A stretch of DNA of 43,627 nucleotides from Chthoniobacteraceae bacterium (GCA_031409335.1 JANNWY010000146.1:1-43627), one strand, 5' to 3'; positions 8,297 to 19,013 are shown, counted from the first letter of the stretch. Program-made: numbers and translations. Notes: a model not told the origin generated them from the sequence alone.

Positions 8297-9721
8297 ATGA
8301 ACGTTCCGGAAGCCCTGCTGATCGACAATGCGTGGGTCGCAACCCAACAGTTTCTCCCCGTCGTGAATCCATTTACGGGCGAAGAATTCGCCCGTGCGCC
8401 GATGGGAAATCGCGAGCACATCGCCGCCGGGATCGCCGCGGCGCACGCCGCATTCCCGAAAGTGCGCGCGACTCCCGCGCACGCCCGCACGCGGCTTTTG
8501 TTGAAAGTGGCGGCGTTGATCGAGGAGCGGCGCGCGGAGTTTGTGGCGACGATCATCGCCGAGGCGGGCAAACCGATCGCATTCGCCGAGGCCGAAGTCG
8601 CGCGGGCGGCGATGACATTCACCATCGCCGCCGAGGAGGCGCGGCGGCAGCACGGCGAGCTGCTCGACATCGACGCGCTGCCGACGGGCGAAGGTCACTT
8701 CGGACTCGCGCGCCGCTTCCCCATCGGCGTCGTCGCTGCGATCACACCGTTCAATTTTCCGCTCAATCTCGTCGCCCACAAAGTCGGCCCATGCCTCGCG
8801 ACTGGGAACACGATGGTCGTGAAACCCGCGACGAAAACGCCGCTCACCGCGCTGTTGCTTGCGCAAGTGCTCGTCGATGCCGGGATGCCCGCCGGGCAGG
8901 TGAATTTCGTGACGTGCAGCAATGACGACGCGGCACTGCTCATTACGGATGAGCGCGTGAAAAACGTGACTTTCACCGGCAGCCCCGCGGTCGGTTGGAA
9001 GCTGAAGGAGCAATGCGGAAAAAAGAAAATCACGCTCGAACTCGGCGGCAACGCAGGAGTCATCGTCCACGCGGATGCCGACCTCGACGCCGCGATTCCC
9101 GCCATCGCGAGCGGCGCGTTTGGGCAGGCCGGACAGTCGTGCATCAGCGTGCAGCGCATCATCGTTCACGATTCGCTCTACACGGATTTCCGCGAGCGTT
9201 TCGCCGCACACATCCGCGAGAAAGTGAAAGCGGGCGACCCGACGGATCGCGCAAACATCATCGGTCCGATGATCACACGCGCGGCACTCGAAGCGACGGT
9301 CGCAAGGATCGAACAGGCCGTGAATGCAGGTGCGAAGCTGGTTTGCGGCGGAAACGTGACGGGCCAATGCCTCGACGCGACCGTGATCGAAGATGCCCCC
9401 GCGTACCTGCCGATCTGCGCCGAGGAAGCCTTCGCGCCCGTCTGCACGCTGCATCGCTGCCGCGATTTCGACGAAGCGCTCGCCTTCGTGAACGACTCTG
9501 CTTTTGGCCTGCAGGCCGGCATTTACACCCGCGATCTCAAGCTCGCGATGAAGGCCTACGAAACGCTGGAAGTCGGCGGCGTCCTCATCAATCAAGTCCC
9601 CACTTTCCGCGTCGAAAACATGCCGTACGGCGGAGTGAAAGACAGCGGCTTTGGCCGCGAAGGCGTGCGTTACGCGATGGAGGAAATGACGGAGCTGCGC
9701 AGTCTCATCGTGCGTTTGTAG
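8297..9721 (+). CDS. Aldehyde dehydrogenase family protein
   Basis: ITPFNFPLNL, FTGS, LELGGNA, GQSCISVQR, EAFAP, PYGGVKDSGFGREG. Confidence 0.95.
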   Translation: MNVPEALLIDNAWVATQQFLPVVNPFTGEEFARAPMGNREHIAAGIAAAHAAFPKVRATPAHARTRLLLKVAALIEERRAEFVATIIAEAGKPIAFAEAEVARAAMTFTIAAEEARRQHGELLDIDALPTGEGHFGLARRFPIGVVAAITPFNFPLNLVAHKVGPCLATGNTMVVKPATKTPLTALLLAQVLVDAGMPAGQVNFVTCSNDDAALLITDERVKNVTFTGSPAVGWKLKEQCGKKKITLELGGNAGVIVHADADLDAAIPAIASGAFGQAGQSCISVQRIIVHDSLYTDFRERFAAHIREKVKAGDPTDRANIIGPMITRAALEATVARIEQAVNAGAKLVCGGNVTGQCLDATVIEDAPAYLPICAEEAFAPVCTLHRCRDFDEALAFVNDSAFGLQAGIYTRDLKLAMKAYETLEVGGVLINQVPTFRVENMPYGGVKDSGFGREGVRYAMEEMTELRSLIVRL

Positions 9722-9761
9722 CGACGCGTTGCGGGAATGGAAAGTCAGGCGAGAGTGCCGC

Positions 9762-11243
9762 ATGAAAACTTCCCCAATGTTCCTCAGCGGCGTGTGGGCG
9801 GCAGCGGCGGACGGAGCCACACGCGAAATCCTGAACCCGGCGAACAACGAAGTCATCGCCGTCGTCGCGGATGGCAGTGCGCGGGATGCGGACGCGGCGA
9901 TTGCATTTGCGCGACGATCTTTTGATGAAGGGCCGTGGCCGCAGATGCGCGCAGGTGAACGGGCTGCGTATCTCTTCAAGCTCGCGGATCTAATCGAAAA
10001 GAACGCGGAAGCGCTCGCGGAGCTGGAAACCCGCAACAACGGGAAGCCGCTGCGCGAGGCGAAGTATGATGTGGCGGATGCGGCAGGGTGTTTTCGATAT
10101 TACGCGGGGCTCGTGACGAAGCCGCTCGGGCAGACTTACGAAGTCGGTGATCCGGCGATTCAGGCGATGGTGGTGCGCGAGGCAGTCGGCGTGTGCGGGC
10201 AGATCATCCCGTGGAATTATCCGCTGCTCATGGCCGCGTGGAAACTCGCGCCGGGATTGGCCGCGGGAAACTGCTGCATTTTGAAACCCGCCGAGACGAC
10301 GCCGCTCACGGCGATCCGGCTGTTCGAGTTGATCGCGGAAGCGGGCTTCCCGCCGGGTGCCGCGCAACTGCTGCTCGGCCCCGGACCGACTGCGGGCAAT
10401 ACGCTGTCTGCCAGTCCGCTCGTGGACAAGATCGCCTTCACCGGCGGCACCGCGACGGGACGAAAGATCGCGACCGCTGCGCTCGGCAATCTGAAAAAGG
10501 TGACGCTGGAACTCGGCGGGAAATCGCCGTGCATCGTTTTCGCGGACGCCGATTTTGATGTTGCGATCGAGTTCGCGATGTTCGCGATTTTCGCCGGTCA
10601 GGGTGAAGTGTGCAGCGCGGGCTCGCGGCTGATTTTGGACAGGAAGATCGCTGACAAATTCCTCGTGCGCCTGGCAGATGCGAGCAGCAGGATCGTCGTG
10701 GGCGACGGCCTTGCGCCGGATACGGAAATGGGGCCGATGATCACGCGCGCGCACATGCAGCGCGTGCTGGATTACATCGAAGTCGGAAAAACCGAAGGCG
10801 CGGAAGTGCTGTGCGGCGGCGCGCGTTTGACGGATGGCGCACTCGCAAAAGGGAACTTCGTCGCTCCCACGATCTTCGCGCAGACGCGCCCGGCAATGCG
10901 CATCGTCCGCGAGGAAATTTTCGGCCCGGTGCAAGTGGTGCAGTTATTCGACTCGGAAGAGGAAGCCGTGCAACTCGCGAACGACACGATCTACGGACTG
11001 GCGGGCGGCGTTTTCACCACGGACCAAAACAAGGGCCTGCGCGTGCTGCGGAAACTGCGCGCGGGGATCACGTGGCTGAACACGTATCACCCGACCTTCA
11101 ACGAAGCGCCGTGGGGCGGCTACAAACAGAGCGGCTGGGGCCGCGAACTCGGGACGTTCGGGCTCGATGAGTATCTCGAAACGAAGCAGATCAACATCAA
11201 CACGGCACCCGCGAAACTAGGCTGGTTCAAGAGCGCGGGTTGA
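9762..11243 (+). CDS. Aldehyde dehydrogenase, betaine/amino-aldehyde dehydrogenase-like
   Basis: IPWNYPLLMAAWK, FTGG, LELGGKSP, GEVCSAGSR, EEIFGPV, PWGGYKQSG.GRELG. Confidence 0.92.
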   Translation: MKTSPMFLSGVWAAAADGATREILNPANNEVIAVVADGSARDADAAIAFARRSFDEGPWPQMRAGERAAYLFKLADLIEKNAEALAELETRNNGKPLREAKYDVADAAGCFRYYAGLVTKPLGQTYEVGDPAIQAMVVREAVGVCGQIIPWNYPLLMAAWKLAPGLAAGNCCILKPAETTPLTAIRLFELIAEAGFPPGAAQLLLGPGPTAGNTLSASPLVDKIAFTGGTATGRKIATAALGNLKKVTLELGGKSPCIVFADADFDVAIEFAMFAIFAGQGEVCSAGSRLILDRKIADKFLVRLADASSRIVVGDGLAPDTEMGPMITRAHMQRVLDYIEVGKTEGAEVLCGGARLTDGALAKGNFVAPTIFAQTRPAMRIVREEIFGPVQVVQLFDSEEEAVQLANDTIYGLAGGVFTTDQNKGLRVLRKLRAGITWLNTYHPTFNEAPWGGYKQSGWGRELGTFGLDEYLETKQININTAPAKLGWFKSAG

Positions 11244-12660
11244 TGGGAACGCCGGTGAGATCGTACACTTGCGTGCCGGTGATTTTTACGTCGATGAACT
11301 CACCGACCGGCGCGGGTTTACTCAGCAGGATGCGACCGTCGATGTCGGGCGCATCGACTTCGGCGCGGGCGATGAGCGGCTGGTCCACGATCGCGCGCAG
11401 CGTGCGACCGATTTGCGCGGCGGAGATTTCATTCGCGATGCGCTGCTGGAGTTTCATCGCCTGCTTGTAGCGCGCGGTTTTCACCTTTTGCGAAAGCTGG
11501 CCGTCCATCTTCGCGGCGCGTGAGCCTTCCTCCTGCGAGTAGGTGAAGATGCCGAGCCGCTCGAAGCGCGTGCGTTCGATGAAGTCGAGCAGGCATTCGA
11601 ATTCCTCGTCGGTCTCGCCGGGGAAGCCGACGATGAATGTGGTGCGGATCGCGATGCCGGGGATGCCCTTGCGGATGCGTCCGATCAGATTTTCGATGTG
11701 CTCGCTGCTGGTCTCGCGGCGCATCGTTTCCAGCATCCGCGGATGGATGTGCTGGAGCGGCATGTCGATGTAGCGCGCGACTTTTTTGCACTGCGCGATG
11801 CAGGCGATGAGTTCGTCGCTCCAGTGCGCGGGATGCGTGTAGAGCAGCCGAATCCAAAACTCACCTTCGATCTTGTCCAGCTCGTGCAGCAGCTTCGTGA
11901 GCGTCGGGCCGCGTGAGGAATCGACCTCGGCACGCGGGCCGGCTTTTTCCGCCCAGAGGTCCATGCCAAAATAAGTCGTGTCCTGGCTGATGAGATTGAT
12001 CTCCTTCACGCCCTCGGCGACGAGTGTGCGGACTTCGGCGACGACGCTCTCGATGGTGCGCGAGCGATGTTTCCCGCGCATCTGCGGGATGACGCAAAAG
12101 CTGCACGGATGATTGCAGCCCTCGGCGATTTTTGTGAATGCGGTGTGCGACGGTGTGAGGCGGAAGCGCGGCGTGTCGTAGTCGGGAATGTAAACGGGTT
12201 TGCGCGTGACGAGATTCAGCGGCTCCCATGAGGAGTCGGTGAGCGTCGAGTGTTGAGTGGCGGGTGGCGCGGATGGGCGCGCGAGGATTTGCTCAATGAT
12301 GTTGCCCACATCCGCGACTTGATCGAGACCGATGAACGCATCGACCTCCGGCATCTCGCCCGCGAGATTCTTGGAAAACCGCTGCGCCATGCAGCCGCTC
12401 ACGATCAGCTTTTGCCCCGCGCGCTTTTTCAAACCACGCGACTGATGCGCCTCCAAAATCGCCTCGATGGATTCCTCCTTGGCGGAGTCGATGAAGGCGC
12501 ACGTGTTGACGATGAGCACATCCGCCTCGTCGGCGTTCGCGGTGATTTCCATCCCGCGCCCGAGCACGCCGCCGAGCATGATCTCGGCATCCACGAGATT
12601 CTTCGCGCAGCCCAGCGAGATCATGCCGACTTTGCATTTTGTAGGAGAGGGCGGCGTCAT
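11227..12660 (-). CDS. rimO: Ribosomal protein S12 methylthiotransferase
   Basis: SLGCAKNLVDAE, VNTCAFI, radical SAM CNHPCSFC, APDIDG TRAM domain. 17-bp convergent overlap with the ALDH gene. Confidence 0.95.
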   Translation of the reverse strand: MTPPSPTKCKVGMISLGCAKNLVDAEIMLGGVLGRGMEITANADEADVLIVNTCAFIDSAKEESIEAILEAHQSRGLKKRAGQKLIVSGCMAQRFSKNLAGEMPEVDAFIGLDQVADVGNIIEQILARPSAPPATQHSTLTDSSWEPLNLVTRKPVYIPDYDTPRFRLTPSHTAFTKIAEGCNHPCSFCVIPQMRGKHRSRTIESVVAEVRTLVAEGVKEINLISQDTTYFGMDLWAEKAGPRAEVDSSRGPTLTKLLHELDKIEGEFWIRLLYTHPAHWSDELIACIAQCKKVARYIDMPLQHIHPRMLETMRRETSSEHIENLIGRIRKGIPGIAIRTTFIVGFPGETDEEFECLLDFIERTRFERLGIFTYSQEEGSRAAKMDGQLSQKVKTARYKQAMKLQQRIANEISAAQIGRTLRAIVDQPLIARAEVDAPDIDGRILLSKPAPVGEFIDVKITGTQVYDLTGVPINPRS

Positions 12661-12720
12661 AAAGGCGCGATCTATAGCGCGGATCGGCAGCCGGCGCAAA
12701 GCAGCGGTTCCTCCCGATGC

Positions 12721-15700
12721 CTACGGCTGCTGTGGCGTAACGACTCGGTAAACGCGCGCGACCTGGCCGGTGGTGGATGGGTCGGGCACATCGACGGTGC
12801 GCGCGGCACCGGCGGGGACGTCAGCGAGTTTGGCCCATGCGCCGGTCGCGAGGCTCGCGCGCCATTGCACGGTGTAGGCTTTGCCGTTCATCGCGCCGAA
12901 GCGCACAAACATGTTGCCGCCGGCATCGCGCCAGATCTCGGCCTTCAAAACGCTCTGCGCACTGCGCGGATCAGTGCCGGCGAGGAATTCGGCGCGGTTG
13001 CTGTGGCCGTCGCCATCGGCATCCAACGCGGCGTCGGCGGCGTTGTTTGGATCGAGACCGTTGGCGATCTCCCACGTGTCGGGGATGCCGTCGCCGTCGG
13101 TGTCGAGATTCGTCACCGTGAGCACGGCGGCTGTGCTCGTCGTGAAGCCGGAAGCGTTCGTCGCGACGACGGTGTAGTTACCCGCGCTGGCACTTTGGAC
13201 GTTGTTGAGCGTGAGCGCGGGACCGGTGGCGCCGGCGATCGCGTTGTTCCCGAACTTCCATTGATACGTGATCGTCGCGCTGCCGGCCGCGAGCGCACTA
13301 AAGGTCACGCTGCTGCCGGCGGGCGCGCTCTGGCTCTGCGGCTGCGTGGCCATGCGCGGCGCGCCGGCGGGAAAAAGCTGGCTCGCGGGGATGAGTTCCT
13401 TGCTCAATCCCGTGGCGGACCACGAGAGCATCGCCACAGCGCCGCCGCCATTTTCATAAAACTCCATGCGCACGTCGTAGAGCTGGCCGGCCACCAGCGC
13501 GATCTGCCCGGCGTTCTCGGTCGGGCCGTGATCGGTCCAGTTGTCCACGAGGAGCTGGCCGTTGATCCAGAGCCGCACGCCGTCATCCGAGTAGGTGTAA
13601 AATGAATACGTCCCGGTGAGCCGCGGCTGCACCTGGCCCGTCCAGCGCACGGAAAAGGAGTCGGCACCCATGCTCGCGTGCGGCGCGCCGCCGCCCCAGT
13701 CGAAGTCGAGCTGCGGATCGGTGCGCGTGAGGAATGCCGCGCCCGGCGCGCCAAAGTTCACGACTGTGTCGTAGTATTCGCCGCGCAGGCCCGCGCCGTT
13801 GCCGACCGGCGGCGCGGTCACCGTCACGACTGCCGGATCGGTTACCGCGGTCGCCTGCTTGTTGTCACGCGCTTTCGCGGTGATCGCATAGGTGCCGGCG
13901 CCGACATTCGTCCAAGTGTAGCGCCACGGCGGCGCGATGGCCTCGCCGAGTTTCGTGCCGCTTTGGAAAAACTCGACCTTGCTGATCGTGCCATCGCTAT
14001 CCTGCGCGGCGGCCTCGATGACGATCGTCGCGACCGCCGGCATCGACGCGCCGTTCGTGGGACTGAGCAGCGAAATGGTGGGCGCGATGTTGACGACATT
14101 GGCCGCGCCCGGCGTGAGGCCGCTCGCGAACCAATTGATCGGATCGTCTGCAAAGGCCGATGAATCCAGGCGCTGGAGCGAAGGACCATCGCCGTCGGCG
14201 CTTGCCGGCCAAGGCGCTTTGTCGTTGTAACGCACGGCATCCATCGTGATGAGCGGCACGCCGTTCGGGGTCGGCGCGTCGGGTCGCTGAAGGTCGAGCC
14301 GCTCGCCGCTGTCCTGCAATACGCCCGGATACGGCCCGAGAATTTGCACGTCGGCGGCGATGCCGTATTTCGTGCGGAAGACTGCGGGATCGATGCCCAC
14401 GAGCAGCACGAAACCATTAGCGGGAATCGTTACGCCCTGCGGCAGATCGTAGCCGAGGCCGCCGAGGTGCCACGTATTCGCCGGGTTCGGTGGATCGAAG
14501 AGCGGCACTGCGACGCCGGCGATATTGCGCAGTTCGATGAACTCATCGAAGCCCGGCTCGGGGTGATACATCACTTCGTTGATCACGACCGGCCCGACGC
14601 GGGGGCCCGCGTTTGCCGCGCCGAATGTGCGCGCAGTCTGCGCGGGAAAATATTCTTCGCCGATCGAGTTGACGTAGCGCCCGAACGACACGCCCGCCGC
14701 GCCCGCGCCGAACTCGACGCCGTGGCTGTAGCCGGTGAGATTCACCCCGTCGCCAGAGAGCAGGTAGAGTTGATCGCCATCCGCGCCGAGGCTGAAGCTG
14801 GGCGGCACGCCGGGCACCGGGTTGAAATGCGATTCATCGAACACGACGTAGCCGCCGGCCGGGATGATCGTCCCCGCCGGGATCGTGAACTTCTTTGGAA
14901 TGCCGGATTCGTCGCTCAAGAACCAGCCGCCGATATTCACCGGTGCGGCGTTCGGGTTGAAAAGCTCGATCGCATCGAGCTGCGGCGGCTCCGAGTGCGT
15001 GAGCACCTCATTGACGAGCACGCGCGGGATCGCGACGCCGGGATCGTCCGCGCCCGGCGAGCCGAAGATCGCGGCGCTCGCGCGCCAGTTCGCGGAGTTG
15101 CCCGGATCGGGGTTCGCATTCGGATTTACCGGCACGAGCGAGAAGCCGTGGCCATCCGGCGCGATCGGCCAGGGCACATGATCGCCGTAGGTCAGTGAGA
15201 TCACCTCCGCGCCGAGCAGATGCGCGAGCGCGAGCTTTTCGCCCCCGTTGTCGAGCCGCCCGGTGTAGGCGCCCCGCACGGTCACGCCGGGATAGCGCGC
15301 GGCAAATTGCACACCATTGCGCGCGAGCACGAAGAACTGTCCCGCCCCGAGCGTCGTGCCGCCGGGAAAGGTGAACGTGATGCCGTTCGTGAACGTGAGC
15401 CCACTCAGGTCGAGCGTGTTCGCGCCCGTGTTTTTCAGCTCGATAAATTCAAACTCGTCGCCGCTCACCGCGCCCGCGCCAGGAGGATTGAACATGATCT
15501 CGGTGACGGCGAGCGGCGAGAAATCCTGCTGCACATAAAAGGTCGCCTCTATCAGCGCCGACCAGGTCGCGCCGTCTTTCACCCGGGCGCGGATCACCGC
15601 GTGCGAGTTGAGCACGAGCGGCGCGGAAAACGTCTGCGCGCTCGCGGCAATCGCACCGCCGACGAGGCGCGGATCGGCGCCGGTGGTCGTAAAGAGGATC

Positions 15701-18700
15701 GCGCCCGTCGCGTTCGGATTCGTCATTTGAAATGAAAAGCCGGGCGGGACGCTGCCGCCGTTTTGATTGAAAACTGGGGCCGCGAGCGCGGGAAACACGC
15801 CGGCCGCGCGGAATTGATCGATCATGATCTGCGTGCGCTGCGGGAAGTATTGCGTCCGCAGCCGGCTCTGCTCGGGCAGCCACGCGTTGTTGCGGCCCAT
15901 CGGCGGCTCGGTGCGGTAATCGCCCCAGCGCGCCGATTCGCAGATGATCGCCTGATCGATCTCCGCCGCGCGCAGCATCCAGCGGGCATCGGCCGGCCCA
16001 GGCGTGAGAACGCCGCCGTTGAAAAAATGCCGCTGCACATGATCGGCGAAGAGTTGCCGGAACTCCGCATTGAGCCGCAGCAACTGCCACAGCTCGCCCG
16101 GCGTGTTGCCGTTGTTCGCACCGAGCACGTTGGCGTTCCGATCCGAGAACGTCCACTCCGCGTCCCACGAGAAAAACTTGTAGCCCGCGCCCGCGACGCG
16201 GCGGCGCGCGGCGGTCCAATTGTGCGAAGGCCAGTCGGTGTTCGCCGCGTAGAAGTTCACGATCATGTAGTCGATGAAGCCCGGCACATCGAGATACTGC
16301 TGGAGATTCGCGTAAACCACGTCGCTCGCGAGGCCGCTGCGCGCGAGGGTGAACATCGCGTTCCAAGCAGTGCCATCGCCATCGATGAACTCGTTGGAAT
16401 TGACCGCGTCGTATTCGCTTTTGTCGCCGCCGAGATGGAGCGCGGCAAACGAAGCGTCCGGCTTTTCACCGGGATCGTACATGCCCCAATAAACGCCGTT
16501 GACGTAGAGGTGAACGTAATTGCCGTGCGCCGACGGACGACCCATCGCGAGCTGGGTGTCGCGGCACCACATGTCGCGGATGTATTCCGCGCTCGCGCCG
16601 TTCCAGACCCACGCATCATTGAAGCGCGCGTGCAGCACGAGCGTGTCGAATTCATCCACGGCCGAGTCCTTGAACAGGTCGAACTTCAGCTTCGACGGCC
16701 CCCACACGTCCTTGAAAAGCAGCCGGAAGCCGTGCTTCGGCGACGTGCCGGGGTTGCGGCTCGCACCGCCTTGCGGACGGATGCCGCAGTCGATTTGAAA
16801 TTCATCGCCGCCGCCGGTCGGATCGATCCACTCGACCGATGCGCCGCGTTCCCACGCCACGCCTTCGCCAGTCGGGTTCGCGTAGATCCCGGACGGCCCG
16901 AGGAAGTCGTCCATGCTCATGACGATCGAGACGGTCGGCACTGACTTGAGCGCGTTCACGATCACGCCGCTGTACGCCGGATCGTTGACGACGTTCGGGT
17001 CCATCTCGTAGTCGGCGTTCACTCCCGCGCCCCAAGTCGCTGGCCAGCCCGCGGGCAGCGCCGGCTGCTGCACGACTTGCGTGGGAAAGATAAAAGTTTG
17101 CGTGTGAACTTTGGACGGCTCGAAGCCCGTCTTGAACGCCGCCGCGCGCAGCACCGTCGTGCCGGTGATCGCCACGGGGCCGGCCAGGACCGTGCCGGTC
17201 GTCGCAGTCGGCTTGCTGCCATTCGTCGTGTAGCGGATCGTCGCGCCCGGCGTCGCGGTCGTGATCGCGACGTTGAAGTTGGCGGAGTAAAAACCGCGCG
17301 GCGCGCTGAACTGCGGCTCCTCGACGAACGCGAAGTATTCCGACGAGTTGAACGCGCCTGGCGTTGCGATGGCAAAATAGTGTGAGCCAGTCCCGGTGGT
17401 TTCGTATTCCGCGAGCTCCGCGAGTTGGAGAAAATCGGCATCGTTCGCTGCGGCGTTGAGGCCGTGGATGGCGAGTACGTTCGCGCTGCCGTTTTGCAAC
17501 ACGCCGAGCCCCGCGCTGGCGTCGATGCTTTCATAGATCACCGCCTGCGCATTCGCATGCGGAGCCGTCGCGGCCGAGTTCCACGCAGGCGACGCGGGCG
17601 CGTTGCGGCGGGCGACTTCGGCGCCATTGATGTAAGCGACGAAGCCGTCGTCATACTTCGCTTTCAATGTGAGCGACTGGAGCTGCGCCACGTCGGCGAC
17701 CGTGAACGGGATGCGCACGTAGGCCGACGCGTTCACGCCGAACATCGCGGTTTGCACGTCGGTGCCGAGCAGCGCGCGATAGCCGCCAGTCCCGACCGGG
17801 TTCGAGCGCACGGCGAGACCGCCATTTACCGTGTCGCCGACGAGCTTGAACGCCGCCGTCCAGCCCGCGAGCGCGCCCTGCGCGGCGAAGAGTTCCAGCC
17901 CGGAGCCGCCGCCCTGCTCGTAAAAAACGAGCCGGATCGGATAGTTACCCGCGGCGGGAAAATTGAACGTGGCGATGGTGTCACCCGGACCGCGTGGTGA
18001 CGGATACGAGGTCGCGAATGTGCCCACCGTCAGTCCGAAACCGTCGTCGCTGTTCACGCCGAAGCTCCAGTTTCCCGCCGCCGGAATCGTGACCATGCCG
18101 AGCGCCTCGACGACGAAATTGTCCGCATCCACGGCGAATGAAAGACCGGGGAACGTGCTGTTGTTCACGTAATGCCCCTCGCCGCCGCTGTTGAAGTAAT
18201 TGATGACGCCCTTGTTCTCGATGTAAGTCGCGCTGCGCTTGGAGGGCGTGGCGATCACGCTCTCCGCCTCGGCAAGACTCGGCACACCGCCGACTGCCTT
18301 GTGATTCGTCACTCCGAATCCCGCGACCGAACTCTCGTAGCCAGTGCCCTGCGTCCCCGCCGTCCAGCTTCCATCGGCAAATCCGGGTGCTGTCCACGAC
18401 GTGCCGAGCGCGCCGCTGACCGGCACGTGCGCGCGCACCGCGGCATCGGCAGCGACGAGCTGCGTGACGTTCACATTCTGCCCGATGCCATAAGACTTGT
18501 CCGCAAACTGCTCTGGAAACTCGTCGAACTCCGTCGCAATCGCGCCGCCCGGCTTGATCAGCGCGAGATATTCGCCCGCGGAGCTGAGGCTGAAATTCGT
18601 GTGCAACGGCGAGCCCGCGACCGCACGATTTTTCCCCGACGCAAAGACGATCAGGAATTGTCCCGGCGCGAGATTCACTGCCGGGAAAATCCATTTCGCC

Positions 18701-18915
18701 GACTCTTGTGCATCGTCCGTGAGCGCCCAACCCGCGAGATTCACCGTCGTCGTCCCGTCATTCTGAATCTCGATCCAATCCGAGTACGCGTTGTCTTCGT
18801 CCTTCAGCCCGGTCTCATTTTCCGCCATGAACTCCGAGAGGATCACGGACTCGGCGGCGGGCGCATTGATGACGCACAACAGAAGGCAGAGGGAGAAACA
18901 GAGGCGGCGGATCAT
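12721..18915 (-). CDS. Large secreted protein (2064 aa): lamin-tail domains, two PA14, CotH kinase, chitobiase-C/FN3-like, Ig-like and TSP3-like repeats
   Basis: Signal peptide MIRRLCFSLCLLL; four (S/T/N)E-x-(M/L)...IE(L/I).N lamin-tail motifs; NSDDG and YSDDG PA14 motifs; YVNGVYWGMY..GEK and DWPSHNW...FFSWDAE (CotH); DTDGDGIPDTWE. Confidence 0.88.
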   Translation of the reverse strand: MIRRLCFSLCLLLCVINAPAAESVILSEFMAENETGLKDEDNAYSDWIEIQNDGTTTVNLAGWALTDDAQESAKWIFPAVNLAPGQFLIVFASGKNRAVAGSPLHTNFSLSSAGEYLALIKPGGAIATEFDEFPEQFADKSYGIGQNVNVTQLVAADAAVRAHVPVSGALGTSWTAPGFADGSWTAGTQGTGYESSVAGFGVTNHKAVGGVPSLAEAESVIATPSKRSATYIENKGVINYFNSGGEGHYVNNSTFPGLSFAVDADNFVVEALGMVTIPAAGNWSFGVNSDDGFGLTVGTFATSYPSPRGPGDTIATFNFPAAGNYPIRLVFYEQGGGSGLELFAAQGALAGWTAAFKLVGDTVNGGLAVRSNPVGTGGYRALLGTDVQTAMFGVNASAYVRIPFTVADVAQLQSLTLKAKYDDGFVAYINGAEVARRNAPASPAWNSAATAPHANAQAVIYESIDASAGLGVLQNGSANVLAIHGLNAAANDADFLQLAELAEYETTGTGSHYFAIATPGAFNSSEYFAFVEEPQFSAPRGFYSANFNVAITTATPGATIRYTTNGSKPTATTGTVLAGPVAITGTTVLRAAAFKTGFEPSKVHTQTFIFPTQVVQQPALPAGWPATWGAGVNADYEMDPNVVNDPAYSGVIVNALKSVPTVSIVMSMDDFLGPSGIYANPTGEGVAWERGASVEWIDPTGGGDEFQIDCGIRPQGGASRNPGTSPKHGFRLLFKDVWGPSKLKFDLFKDSAVDEFDTLVLHARFNDAWVWNGASAEYIRDMWCRDTQLAMGRPSAHGNYVHLYVNGVYWGMYDPGEKPDASFAALHLGGDKSEYDAVNSNEFIDGDGTAWNAMFTLARSGLASDVVYANLQQYLDVPGFIDYMIVNFYAANTDWPSHNWTAARRRVAGAGYKFFSWDAEWTFSDRNANVLGANNGNTPGELWQLLRLNAEFRQLFADHVQRHFFNGGVLTPGPADARWMLRAAEIDQAIICESARWGDYRTEPPMGRNNAWLPEQSRLRTQYFPQRTQIMIDQFRAAGVFPALAAPVFNQNGGSVPPGFSFQMTNPNATGAILFTTTGADPRLVGGAIAASAQTFSAPLVLNSHAVIRARVKDGATWSALIEATFYVQQDFSPLAVTEIMFNPPGAGAVSGDEFEFIELKNTGANTLDLSGLTFTNGITFTFPGGTTLGAGQFFVLARNGVQFAARYPGVTVRGAYTGRLDNGGEKLALAHLLGAEVISLTYGDHVPWPIAPDGHGFSLVPVNPNANPDPGNSANWRASAAIFGSPGADDPGVAIPRVLVNEVLTHSEPPQLDAIELFNPNAAPVNIGGWFLSDESGIPKKFTIPAGTIIPAGGYVVFDESHFNPVPGVPPSFSLGADGDQLYLLSGDGVNLTGYSHGVEFGAGAAGVSFGRYVNSIGEEYFPAQTARTFGAANAGPRVGPVVINEVMYHPEPGFDEFIELRNIAGVAVPLFDPPNPANTWHLGGLGYDLPQGVTIPANGFVLLVGIDPAVFRTKYGIAADVQILGPYPGVLQDSGERLDLQRPDAPTPNGVPLITMDAVRYNDKAPWPASADGDGPSLQRLDSSAFADDPINWFASGLTPGAANVVNIAPTISLLSPTNGASMPAVATIVIEAAAQDSDGTISKVEFFQSGTKLGEAIAPPWRYTWTNVGAGTYAITAKARDNKQATAVTDPAVVTVTAPPVGNGAGLRGEYYDTVVNFGAPGAAFLTRTDPQLDFDWGGGAPHASMGADSFSVRWTGQVQPRLTGTYSFYTYSDDGVRLWINGQLLVDNWTDHGPTENAGQIALVAGQLYDVRMEFYENGGGAVAMLSWSATGLSKELIPASQLFPAGAPRMATQPQSQSAPAGSSVTFSALAAGSATITYQWKFGNNAIAGATGPALTLNNVQSASAGNYTVVATNASGFTTSTAAVLTVTNLDTDGDGIPDTWEIANGLDPNNAADAALDADGDGHSNRAEFLAGTDPRSAQSVLKAEIWRDAGGNMFVRFGAMNGKAYTVQWRASLATGAWAKLADVPAGAARTVDVPDPSTTGQVARVYRVVTPQQP

Positions 18916-19013
18916 GGGGGAGCGGAGCCTCGCACAGCTTTCGGACAAAACAACGGTAAGGCACGTTTCCAGACGGCCCTGTGATGGACCGGAAACGCGC
19001 GCCTTCGCCAACG

